The notes: a model not told the origin generated them from the sequence alone. Counted from the first letter of the whole stretch, positions 13,371 to 25,256 are shown. The stretch is DNA of 53,313 nt, filler included, from Dirinaria sp. TL-2023a (GCA_051941275.1; 4 parts of 4 records of this genome joined end to end with filler, not necessarily neighbours in it); one strand, 5' to 3'. Program-made: numbers and translations.

Positions 13371-14345
13371 AAAAAAAAAAAACATTGACGATGTCATTCT
13401 CTAACATTGCAGAGTAGTTTGAAAACTGTGATCGGCTTAGACATAGATTCTATCTGATCAGGTCTACTCGGCGTCTGCGCCCTACACTCATCCATACCTA
13501 CTTAGTAAGAAGGGTGGTGGGCAAGCAAGGCAAGGGTTATGTGATAGCAAAATAGGGTGGCGTGGCGGCAGTCTGTTCCTATCAAAAATATTGCAAACCG
13601 CAGTATTGCCAGGGCCAACTTGGCTGGGGGAAAGCGTCCAGACGCTGATGCCAAGGCCATCACGGCCATCGATGCCACTCCTGGTATTGTTCTCCATCTA
13701 TCAATATCTCTCTCAAAATTTTTTTTCTAACACCTTGAACCTGCTTTAACAATTTGTCTATTTGACGATGGCACGTTCGTGGTGGTGAAATCAGATCATC
13801 GTCGTCTGGTGAAATCATCGTTGCTTGAAAACTCGCACTCTGTCAAAGCAAGAGAGATCGATAGACTTGAGCTCGAGACATCAAAGAGGTCGGATGCATT
13901 ATCACGCGAGAATGAGTAGTAGTTAGTGGGGAAGAGTGGTGTGCCAGTAGAGTAGGGTGGTGTGGCGGCAGTGGGAGCCTTCCATTAACATGATTCACTC
14001 AGCGATGTCAGTTCGAGACTGCAACGATGAGTTTTTTTCTGCTGAGAGTGAAAGGTAGCTACATTCTCTTTCCCTCGTCAGCCTACCTTGGGATGTAATC
14101 CACGTAATGTCCAGTTTTATCACATTTATGCTCCAACAAGATAGACAGATCGTCTCTTATATATCGTCGCAGACTTGCTCCATTACTAATCGATCCGCTC
14201 AGCATTTGTGGGTCATTGGAGGCTTAGCTGTCGTTCCCATCCTCTGAGTCATATAATGCGCGCATCCCACCTCAACAAAAATTTTCGATCACCAAATTAT
14301 CCTTTTCTCGATGAACTCAATATCCGAGCCGTTTTTAAATCACGC

Positions 14346-14471
14346 TTACACTAAGGTATATAAAGCTCACTTTCGTCAACATTCTCGATCACTAACTAAT
14401 ATTGTCACCTTCTATTACACTATATGAAGCTCACTTCTATCAACATTCTCGATCACTAATATTGTCACCTT
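14346..14471. repeat. Imperfect ~60-65 bp tandem duplication upstream of the GGCT-domain gene
   Basis: AAGCTCACTT..TCAACATTCTCGATCACTAA..TATTGTCACCTT occurs twice (about 14363-14411 and 14427-14471), each preceded by a TATAT(A/G)A stretch. Confidence 0.8.
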
Positions 14472-14549
14472 TTAAACACAACTCAGCATCTACCTCGCGA
14501 AACGAAGTTACATTTACACAACTATTTCCCCATACGCTAAGCTACTGTT

Positions 14550-15555
14550 ATGATGGATCCTTTTGAAGAACTAGAGAGGATGGCAGTGAAAGCCAATGAT
14601 GAGAGCGCATCTTCAGACGATGAACCCTCTCTTGAGCAAGTCGCCAACTGGCAGCGCATCTTTCATTATTCTCGAACACAAGCGATATCAAAATTTAAGG
14701 AGCACAGAGCCAACATCGCCAGACCGAGCATTCCCGACGAGCTTTGGGATTCGATGCAGACAAGACTCAAGGGCTATGATCGTGAAGCATACGAGCATGA
14801 GTTGCTGCTTGACCACCAGTCTTCGTTCAGATCTGCTTCCCCTATGGCAGACGAGAGATCTTCTGGTAATGCATTGTTTCTGTTCAAGCTCGGCAAGGCT
14901 CATCTGAACGAGCCTCTGAGTACTATCAGTGAGGTTCAGCATGCCGCCCAAATGCCATCAATCCCGAAGAGCTTTACAGGTGTTGACGAGGACGATGACG
15001 AAGCGACCTTCTGTCAATTAGACGCTACTGCCAAGAAGCATATCAGCTCATACCTAGTCAAGATGGAATCTCGCTTTCAGCCTACATTTGTTGCTTATTC
15101 ACAAGCTAAAAAGGATCTGAGCGAGTACTCTGCGTATCCAATGCTCGGTGCAGATACCACGCTCCCTCAACACCGGCTGCAGAGTGGAAGCGACTTCGTC
15201 CTCCCTAAACAAGGGCAATACCCCGTCACATACTTTTTTTTACGGTACGCTCGCAGATCCTGAAATCCTCACTCGCATTCTAAATCTTCGCCATTCACCC
15301 ACATTTCAGTCGGCCACGATCACGGGAGGCGTGATAAAGACTTGGGGTCAAAAGTTCAAAGCGCTAGTAGATGGCCCAAGCGCAGCCAAAGTGCATGGGT
15401 GGGCTTATCGTGTGGACACTGAGGAGCAGGAGTTGGCCCTGCGAATATATGAGACAGCAAAGTATGAAGTGATCCGATGCGTCATTGCACTTGAGGATGT
15501 CACTGAGGAGCCAGGATGTACCTTCCGTTTCATCGATGCCGCCACTCTTACCTAA
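14550..15555 (+). CDS. AIG2-like/gamma-glutamylcyclotransferase-domain protein with a long N-terminal extension (~334 aa if one frameshift is corrected)
   Basis: ORF 14550-15263 ends QYPVTYFF and ORF 15148-15555 continues FFYGTLADPEIL...ALVDG...VHGWAY...LRIYETAKY, the GGCT/AIG2 signature (FxYGTL; LxxYE catalytic Glu). An 8-T run at 15234-15241 has one T too many to read YFFYGTL. Confidence 0.8.
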
Positions 15556-16320
15556 CTTTGTTTCTCAGCAAGAAAAATAAGAAGAATGCACCTAGGGCTT
15601 CTAAGTATACAGTATACAGCTTCCCTTTTCACCTGTACACGAAAACATGGATGCCTGCTTCAACATGGCGGTCGGCAGGATCGCATTCCATGCGTTGAGC
15701 GGTCACTGCATCACCACCTGCTCGAGTCTACCTCCAAGTAGTTCAAAGCAAGCATTAGCAGCAATGCTTGTAACATATGGCTGCGTGAACCCAACAAGAT
15801 TGGACCGAAAGCCTCGATGGATCTCGGGTCACGCTTGAAAACCAGCTGTTTTGTGAGCTTGTCTGTCCAGCCGGGGATGAGTCAGCACGGTGATAGCTAT
15901 AGACTCTTATGAGACTCAGGACGACGTTAGGCTGCGATGGGAGTCGACACCTCAAGGAATACCAGGAATATCATTGGCTCATAGTCTAGATCAGGGCTCA
16001 TTGTCAAGCCTTGATTATTCTAAAGTATATACCACTCGGGTGGTACGCCCGTTCCAAATTTTAATGTTCATCATAAGCCAAGTTCGGTACGTTACTGCCT
16101 GCATTGCGAGTGGAGTGCTCCTTCCTTAGCAGTGTACTCGCTGCAGATTCGAGAAAGGAAGTGGCGTTTGTGTGATTTCCATTTTCTTGCCCCCTTTCCG
16201 TGTCTTCTTGACTCTCTCCTCTCTTCCTCCTTTCCCTGCCATTTCGGGTCTAAGTACACACACATCGCACACACTGCACACATAGAAACAGTTTCACGCA
16301 CATACACAAACACGTCCAAG

Positions 16321-17554
16321 ATGCCCTCCCTACCTCCACCTTCCCCTGTGGAGCCCTCTTCCGTGTCAAGGCCTCGTGCATACACAAGCACCCTCCCGCG
16401 TTTGCCGTCCCCCGACAGCGGCTTCTTCTCTACTTCTCGTCCCCGCAACTATCTCCCCTTCAATTTTGGTGTCGAATTTGAAATGATTGTGCGACTAAAG
16501 GCTAATGATGTAGAATCTTTAGGCCCCGACATCTCAGTGTCACAGCTTCGCAATCATCACATCAAATTCTGTCACGACATAGCACAGCATCTCTCTAGAA
16601 ACGGCATGCTTTGCAGCTTTTTCGACTTTGGAGACGGCGACAAGCCAGACTACTCGAGGTGGAATGCAGTCATAGACACTTCGCTGTCGAAACATCACAT
16701 GCGAGATGGATTTTGTGAGCCAGACAGCAGCTACTCTAGAATCTAGTGTTGCTTGGACTAACAAAACTATCCCAGTTCCCGTTGACCTTGTATCACCCCT
16801 GATTTGTGCTGACGACAATTGTTCCCAGACGGTCGGCAAATTCTGGTCTGTCCTCTTGAGCCATTATGAGCTACGCCGGGACACCACCTGCGGCCTTCAC
16901 ATTCACATCTCATCTGCGACGCAAAATTGGACCCTGGACCAGCTCCGGTCGATGGCCAAGGCTATAGTATTCTGGGAACCTGCTACTGCCAGGTGTGCAC
17001 CGCTCTCAAGGCAGGATCGCTTTCAGGATTTCTGCCAGAGCAACATCAAAGCCGAAGTGCCAGTGGCTAGCTGTTGGACCCGTGGTCCGTTACGGGGTCT
17101 CCTCCAAGCCTTCGACTTCATCGACAATGCCGATAGCGACGCCATTGTGGACTATGTGTGCCCGGATAAGTACCGTGCCTGGAATCTTCGGCCATGCGGT
17201 ACAGGTGGCCATGGGAGTATCGAGTTCCGCAGACCTCCCGGCATCGTGACAGCGAAAAAGGCAAAGCACTGGATTGCATTTACCATGGCTTTCATGGAAA
17301 TGGCCTTACAATTTAATCCCTCTAGATTAGCTGAACATATACGGCGGGTCGAAGACCTGAGTAGCATGTATCACCCTGACTTTGAACGTCAGCTTCTGGA
17401 CTCTGCCCGTGCCATAAATTTATATCACCATTTAGACCCAAGGCTCCAGCAATATGATGAGCCAAGATCTCTGTATATGTGTTCCATGCATCCTCAGAGG
17501 CTTGCCATCCTTCGATCACTAGATAGTGAGTATTGTCATAGTCTCAGTACTTGA
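16321..17554 (+). CDS. Putative amidoligase (Amidoligase_2, PF12224-like; COOH-NH2 ligase superfamily), ~390 aa, 2 exons
   Basis: Exons 16321-16714 and 16776-17554 (GTGAGC...CTAAC...CAG intron). Motifs in family order: FGVEFE, DTSL, PVDLVSP, CGLHIHIS, KYRAWN, SIEFR. Confidence 0.82.
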
Positions 17555-19775
17555 TAGGCCTTTCCTTTTTTTCTTCTTCTGTTTGGTCTCTCGAGTATTT
17601 GCGTCTCACCTTATGCTTTAAAAGAATAAGAAAAAAGCCAAAAAATTTTTAAAATAGGTAGCACTTTTTCCTTGGCGTCGACAAAGCTTGGGGGAGCTTT
17701 GCTCGCGACGCAAGTGATGATTTGCGCAAAACAGTGGAGGCAAAAAAGGGAACTTCAGGTATCCAGGTCTAGATTCGGTGCAGTTCTCGGCGTTTTGGGC
17801 TTTTGTTGGGGTTTTCTATTTATATTTAGGAACACTTCGGCGCTATTGGCTTCCGGAATATACATGTCGTTTTGATCGCTATATTAGAGTCCCTGGACTA
17901 TTAGAATGGGTTATGATGCAGCCAGGAAGATTTAATTTGGGCAAGTCGATCCCTCTTACTCGAGTTCGCTTCTGCGTCGCTTACTTCTTTCGATAGTGTC
18001 CCTCTTACTTATTGGATAAGTCAAGAAACACATCTCAAATCCGTGAGTGTTGATCTGGAACCCGAGACTGCTTTAAGAGAGCTAATCTGTGTCTTCAATC
18101 TCTAGCCTACCGTAAGCCTCGTTGGTCAAAAGCCGAGATACTCAACTTCCCGGCATCATTCTGTCTCGGTGGCATTCGGAGTCTGAAACTCCAGCTTACT
18201 CTTAGCGCCAAAGGGGGAAAACATTGGACTTGCCAGTGCAAACTTTGTGTTCTGCTACATAGTTGATCCTGTGCCACAGTATCTGATATGCTTCAAACGC
18301 AGGTGGCTGAATCTCTTGCAACGGAGAGACTCTTTTCTGCTGACCTCGACGATGTTTACAAGACTGGGGTATAGTGACAGGCTCTGAATATAACATATGC
18401 GGCCAATTCAGGAGTTGAAATCTGGCTAGGATAGTCCCTCATAATCCCCTATCACTTCTAGAGCGCTGACATGTGGCAAGGCCTACATAGACTCATACAC
18501 ACTCCTGGCAGGAACTTCAACAGAAAGCGCTCAATTCCAAGATACGAATCAAGTTGATGTCAATGTACGACAAAGTGACTTATTATGAGACTGTGGTTTT
18601 GATTCGCGCTTGCATTCGACGGGGCATTTTTTCGCTATTGATGGGTCAGAACCATCAAGGCATGCAGTGGCGAATGATCGATATGTCGATTCATGCTACG
18701 ATTACAGCTCAATTGATTCAACATACCTTGACACTCGGAATTCTCAAGACATCCTTCTTTTTAGCTCATTTATGTTGCTTGCCGGTTAAGGGAAGGCATC
18801 TGGTCTGGCCTACGTCTCTGTCGTCATGGTACTCGCTCATTTTCGCCAAAGCAGGGATCCTCTTTCATCTTCCTTCCATAAATATCGATGGGATTGAAGA
18901 AAGAAGAAAGCTCTTCGTGCACAGACTGTAAAGATCGGATTGGCAATAACTGTTTGCATAACGCGAGAGAAGTTCTGGAAGTTCTGATGAGCGATTGTCA
19001 TCCTCGGTAAAAGAGTTGTCCCAGCGCTGATACAAATATCCAAATATAGGTACAATTGACGGGATCCATTTCTGACATTCAACGATTTGCCGATTTGACT
19101 GTGACACATTCATGTGGATCAGTCCGCCGTCACTTGGTCAAATTGTTTTTGCTTAAAATTGGTCATCCCGTCAGGGTGGAGAAATGGGACTATTTGGTCC
19201 TGAGATAGCAAGCAAGGTCTTGAAGGCATTGGTAGGCGATGAGAATGATGTCACGGCAGAGCGGAAATGGCGTGATAGCAGTGGGACCCTTTTTGTTAGC
19301 GACGCACTTTTTGTTGATCTGTTATTTCGATTCTTCCAGAAGATCTTTTGACGGCTTGATCGATAGCAACTAAGCCAAAAGTGATAAATTTCATACATGA
19401 AGCCACCCCATCAGGAAGCTCCTGAAAGCCGTGTAATCAGGAACTCCTGAAATTGCATTGTCATATTGCATTGCAAGTGCAACGGCTTTGACATGATTTT
19501 AGAAACGCCATTATTCATGTACTTTGAGTAATTGCACCATACAGCTTGGAGAGCAAGACTCTGAGACTTCGAGCGGTCAGCAGTCATGCAGGAGCAGCGC
19601 TGCGGTGCTTCCAATGTTTTGCAGAAAAGCTTGACAGCGTAGGTTGTCTGAGTTCAAGATAGGTAAGTACTTTACCTATGTACATACTGTACTTGACAGG
19701 ATTCCATTCGATAGTCTTAGCTCGTTTTCAGATCTCGGGTTTCAAGGAAATACCATTGGCTGTCAGCAGTCGCCA

Positions 19776-19815
19776 TACGCGCCGTCCTCTTACGCGCGGT
19801 AATAACCCTAACCCT
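19776..19815. promoter_or_regulatory. Two ACGCG (MCB-like) cores plus a TAACCCTAACCCT telobox-like motif upstream of the Rum1-like gene
   Basis: TACGCGC at 19776-19782 and 19791-19797; TAACCCTAACCCT at 19803-19815; about 330 bp upstream of the ATG. Function is inferred. Confidence 0.3.
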
Positions 19816-20137
19816 GAAGCTTCCAGCCACCGTGCCTCCCAGCCCTGCAGATTGTTACGACACATCCGTATCAACATTCCTCCCACCAACAGCTAGAGCT
19901 CATGCCTCAGTGCTTTCTTTGCTTTATAATATCTTGCTACTAAGAATTTCATACCCTATCTTGCAGTGTTGAGATACCCACCTTAGTGAACATCGTGCTA
20001 AAGCACTAAAGCCTAGCCTCCCCTCCTAGTGCCAATGGCTCTGCAGGGCTCATAAATCTCTCAAAAAGCCACAATACTTCAAACCGGTAGATCCAGCGCA
20101 ATTGACAATACCATCAACAGCCTGGCCTCGTTGAGTA

Positions 20138-21630
20138 ATGGCTACAACCCCACCTCTACAACTGACAGTCCACACACCACCAACCCCTCTCCACGGTGCG
20201 AAATACGATTCTTATCATCGGTATCAGACTCGAAGGACTACGCGCCGATCTAGTCAACGCGCTGCTCAGACCCCTCCTGCGCAGTCTCCAGAACCACCGG
20301 CTCAAAGCCAACCGTCCTCCAAATCCCGCAAGGTCTCTGCGACTCGTTCTGCAGCCTATACATATTCGCCTCCATCATCAACACAAACATCTCCGCAGAA
20401 GAAGCTGTTCAACACCACCAAGTCACATAAGCGAGCTGGACCTGATGCGATGGTAGGCAAAGCATTCGACCTCAAATTGAATGAGGGCAACGGAACTATG
20501 CAGCAACCAGGCGTGGACATAGGTGCCAACATGCTTCCCACGCCAGCAAAGACTCCTAAGAAGAAGCAGGTGCAACCTTCAGCGGCCGTTAGCCGCGTCC
20601 TGTTTCCCGTGCGACCGGATACTGTTGATGAAGCTATGCCCACGCCACGAAAAGCAAACAGGAATCGGAGACATGCGGGGTTCACACTGGATAGCTCAAT
20701 GGACGATGAGACGAATTCCGAAGGCGGTATTAAGATCTATACAGATACCAAGGAAAAGGTGCCGGAGCTGGATCAAAGTGAAGATAACCCGTTCATCGAT
20801 CATCCGGTCAAGCATGATCCACCGAAAGCACCCCGCAAGGCAAAAAGCAGCAGCGGCCGAAAAGCAAAAACTCAAACGGCAGACAAAGACGAGATTCACG
20901 AAGCTTTCAATCACGAAGAAGGAATGGTCTACGTCTTGTAGGTTTACTTTATCTCAATCCTGGTCTTCACGATAACTAACATCCTGCTCAAAGCCGCGGC
21001 CGCAAAATCTACAAACGCTTCCCCTCCGACTCCTCCCCTCCATCCCACCAGATCACCAGTAACCGCCCCGATCTCGACGACCACGAACCTTCATCTCCAC
21101 ACTTCACCCGCTCGTCCATCAAACCGCGCCTCCTCTTCCCCACCGCCCAGCAACAGCGCGAGCGGCAGTTGGCAGACGAAGAAGCCACAACGGACATCGA
21201 ACCCACCAATGACGACTGCGAGATGAGCGACTCGACCATCGACGAGACTGCCGCCGCGCAGCCCAACAACAAAGACCCCAATACAAATCCAGTGGAAACG
21301 ACCATCACGGGCGCTTCGCCGGCGGCGGCGGCGGCAACGGGCCACCACGCGACGAGGAGCGCAACGAAGAAAACCGAAATGGATCGATCATCCTCCTCCT
21401 TGCAAGTGGACAACGAAGCCGGGCTTCCTGTGAAGAGGGGCAGGAAGAGCCCATTCGACGGTTGGGCAAGGCGCAAGGCCGGATCTTCCTCCCGCAACCA
21501 CGCCGCTCTTCTTCAGAAGGGGACCAAGCGTGCTGGCGAGTCGATGGAGAAAGGCGACGATTCGGACGGCGGAGTGCCTGTTGCGGGTAGCAGCAGTAGC
21601 GGGAATAAAAAGGTCAAGGGTGGGGCTTGA
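20138..21630 (+). CDS. Rum1-like CDK inhibitor candidate, ~478 aa, 2 exons
   Basis: Exons 20138-20937 and 20994-21630. Splicing gives EEGMVYVFRGRKIYKRF. The ordered motifs LPTPAKTPKK, DNPF, GMVYVFRGRK, IKPRLLFP match my recollection of S. pombe Rum1 (PTPAKTPKK, NPF, GLYYVFRGKR, KPKLLF). Disordered and rich in S/T-P sites. Confidence 0.72.
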
Positions 21631-22157
21631 ATGGGCCCCTTTTTTTTCCCTTCCTTCACTCTCCAAAAAAGAGCAGGGATGTTTCCAGGCCAGAAAACTA
21701 CCTTATGTTTTGTTTTGTTAATGCTAGCGATGATGGGGGCCATTGGGTGGATGGGTGGATGGGTTGTGGGCGAGTGGTGGATAATTATCATTCCCCCAAG
21801 CGTGCTTGTGCTTTATTGCTATACCTAGGTAAGGTACCTAAGGTACCTGGATTGCAAAGCAAGAAAAATGGCAAATTGGCATCTGGATAAATCCTTCCTG
21901 GGGTTATCGAAATCAAAGCAGTGATCAAAAACAGAATGAATTGATAAAACCTGTCCCACCCCTCTTTCTCCCTTCTGTATCTAACTCGTTCATTGTGATC
22001 CCTAGAGAGCATGTCCCCCTAAGGTAACTTACTGTTAATTAGGTGAGGTACAGAAGCAACTTACCATAACCTCACGCTCCTATCGTACCAAAAAGTCCAC
22101 ACAAACAAAGCTCCCCGCCTCCCCCCTAAAAAGTTTCGTACCCAAAGCCCGAAATCC

Positions 22158-23765
22158 TCATAATTTAAAATCCGCATTGCCCCTCTCGGCCCAACCACGA
22201 ATCACCCTTTCATCATCCTCACCCTCATCCTGATCTTGATCCTGATCTGGCATCATCATCTCAGCGACCGTCTCCGCCAATTCCAATTTCTTGGTCCGGG
22301 AGCGCTCGGTGCACAGCTCGTACACCGTGGCGAGGTTGAAGGTCAGCGCGTGGAAGGAACGCCGCTCCGCGATCAGTTGCTCTAGGAGGTGGGTTGTCTG
22401 TGTGATGATATATTTGTCAAAAAAAACCCTCCCTTTTTGGCTTTTAAATGTAAAGAAGTTAAAGCGGGAGGGGCTTACCTCATCGACTTTCCCCAAGTAC
22501 AGCAAACACACGGCTTCGTTCTGGAGACTCAGGACCCTATATTTGCCGTCGTCCTTCAAAGCGCGCCATTCAAGCACCGCATCCTCGTACCGCCCGTGCG
22601 CCATACTGAGTAATGGTTTCAGAACCTTTTCTGCTCCTTCCCCTTCGCTTGCCGGGATGGCATCCGTATACTTTTCGGCGGCAGGTATATCTCCTAGCTT
22701 TAGACACAGCAATGCTAACCTCGCGTCCAGAACCCCGTCGGCTTCCTCGTCTCCTGTTTTCAAAGTCTCAAAGTGTCTCTTCGCAGCACCGAGATCGCCC
22801 ATCTCGATCATCGCATTCCCGACCCTGACCCCGAGGTCTCGCAGCCTGGATTTCCAGAGCCGCTTCTCGTCATCGGTGGCGGCTTTGGAGAACTCGGTCC
22901 TCGCGTCGCGTGCAAGATCGTAGTAGCCCACTACCCCTCTTCGTGCGTCATTGAATGCGATGCCTTGCAACCGCACGACCAGGACTCTGAGTTCCCAGGG
23001 GAGGATGCAGGAGTCTGTGCTAGCGTCGCGGTAGAAGGGGGAGTGGATGTCTTCCAGCGCTTTGGATTCTTGAGCCGCGAACGTGGTGAGGTTGAGAAGG
23101 GTCAGGGAGGCGAGGCGGGTGTAGAGCAGGGCGAAGATTTCCGAGGGGGGAAGAGATGAGCCATTGCATAACTGGGCCGCGGAAGATGTGGCGGCGGAAC
23201 GGAAGTGGTTCCGAGATACGAGGGTGGGGAGGGGTGTTGACGGAGACTGAGGCGGATGGGGAGCGCGGAAAGGCTGAGGGATCTCCTGAATTGGGTCAGT
23301 GGGTGATTGAAGAGATAAATTGTGATAGCATGAAGTGATCTTACGAATTGAGTGAGAGGGTGATAAATATCGGGGCGCAATAGAAAGCTAAAATCCTTGG
23401 AGCCTTGGGGAGTGGGTGGGAGTCCAGGAGGCTCTGGTGTGCCCGGCGCTACTTTAGGAGGGCTGAATGCTGTTTCTGGAACCGGGATTGCAGCTGCTTC
23501 TTTAACGACAGTACTAGGAGTAGATGGCTCTGGTGCTGAGAGCGGACTGGTATGTTAGCACAGTGCGATTGCAGAGATGGGGCTTCCGTACTCATCCAAG
23601 TCTAAAGGACCTTTCGTCGACCGCCTTGCTAAAGGAGCTCGTTTCAAATCAGCTCACCTGAGGCATTCCGTCTCGACATGAAGTGGACTAACTTCGACTG
23701 TACGATGCATTCTTGCCATGCTTCTTTGGCGCTGGCCCTATGATGCTGCTCTCAGGAGGGTCCAT
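22158..23765 (-). CDS. TRAPPC12-like TPR protein (trafficking protein particle complex subunit 12 family), 5 exons
   Basis: Exons 23765-23693, 23628-23592, 23546-23345, 23285-22479, 22397-22158. Motifs RRSTKGPLD, LPWELRVL, NEAVCLLYLG, FNLATVYELC. The 5' exon structure is less certain. Confidence 0.72.
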
Positions 23766-24051
23766 CTTCGATCCGCAGTGGCCTTCCTGCTTCAGCACCT
23801 AATGCTGAGCCTAACAGGACCGGTCACTAAGTCCAACTTTGGGCGTGGAATGATATGAATTGGCTAATCAAGCACGACCTCAGCAAGCTGGGGACGTAAA
23901 CTGCAGTAGCGCCGAGAAAACCGGCCCGGTTCCCTGCCGATCCGAGGCCCGAGGTACGAGTACATACAACGTTCCCGCAGAGCCCTTAGATACCGATACC
24001 CCCTCCTCTATTGATCGCAACCTCTCCATCGAGAGGTGACAGCGGACCATC

Positions 24052-25120
24052 ATGGACGCCTCCAACACCCATCCAGGTATTCTGCACCAATACGTACAGT
24101 CACCACCAGACCCTGGTTTATAGCAGGAACACGTACTAAAAACAAATATCCCAGTCGCACAAACTCGTCGCCTTCGAGCACCGTCCAAACCCCTCCCACC
24201 AAACCCCGCAAAACACGCTGCTCTTCATCGGCGGCCTCAGCGATGGCCTGCTCACCGTGCCATTCACGCCCTATCTGGCCAAAAACCTGCCACCCAGCTA
24301 CTCGCTGGTCGAGGTCCTGCTAACATCGTCCTACACGGGTTGGGGCGCGAGCGATCTCGGGCAGGACGTGAAGGAGATCGCGCAATGCGTCTCCTACTTC
24401 CGGAACCTGCGGTCAGGCGGGGGGAAGGGGAAAATCGCTCTCATGGGCCACTCGACCGGCAGCCAGGACGTGATGCACTACCTCGTTTCCCCCGCCGGCG
24501 GCGATGAGCAGCGGCCGAAGATCGACGGGGCGATCATGCAAGGCTGCGTCAGTGATCGCGAGGGCATGGTCATGTACATGGGCGCGGAGGTGCTGGATCG
24601 CAGCGTCAAGCTGGCGCAGCAGTACGTCAGGGCGGGGAAGGGGAAGGATATCTTGCCCGAGAGCGCGACCATGGGTTTCATCCCCGCTCCGGTGTCCGCG
24701 AAGCGGTTCTTGAGTCTGGCCAGCCCCCCGCCGGATTTTGCGGGCGAGGACGATTATTTTAGCAGCGACTTGGATGACGGGAGATTGGGCCAGACATTTG
24801 GGAAAATAGGCAAGGCGGGGACCCCGTTGTGCATACTGTATGGGGAGAAGGATCAGCATGTGCCGGAGTTTGTGGATAGAGCTGCGTTGGTAGAGAGGTG
24901 GATGGCTCATGTCCGCAGGGGTGGCGGCGTTGTAGACGAAGGATCTGGCGTGGTCCCGGGGGCAACACACACTTTGAAAGAATTTGGCCCACCGATGGAG
25001 GACTTGATTAGCAGAGCTCTGAAATTCTTGCACAAGCTTGAAGATAGAATTGCAATCACTGAACACTGCCCTTGGACAGGTGTACTCCTACCACTTCCAT
25101 CGAGTGGGAAACTAGACTAA
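24052..25120 (+). CDS. DUF1749 alpha/beta hydrolase (SidJ-like esterase family), ~335 aa, 2 exons
   Basis: Exons 24052-24093 and 24155-25120. Motifs GILHQY, LVAFE, LLFIGGLSDG, nucleophile elbow GHSTG, VSDRE, DDYFSSDL, GATH. Confidence 0.85.
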
Positions 25121-25256
25121 GAACCATTGTAAATGCTTCCATCGAGCCATGCAATGTCGAGCTCGGAATGCTCGCAAATTCCCTCTACTACATGCAGCAA
25201 TCGAACAGGGCAGCAATCGCAAAGCGTGCTACCTCGCAACAGAAGTGAATCGTCAA

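Noticed and set aside
15234..15242. Programmed -1 ribosomal frameshift at T TTT TTA
   Set aside because: The downstream GGCT ORF is in the +1 frame, so a -1 slip would not reach it.
17600..19700. Short ORFs on both strands, possibly a decayed gene
   Set aside because: Frequent stops, no recognisable motif and no coherent splice model; needs a tBLASTx/BLASTx search.
22398..22478. Insertion VSPSRFNFF...YIITQ in the TRAPPC12-like ORF
   Set aside because: It is an 81-nt in-frame intron (GTAAGC...CAG).
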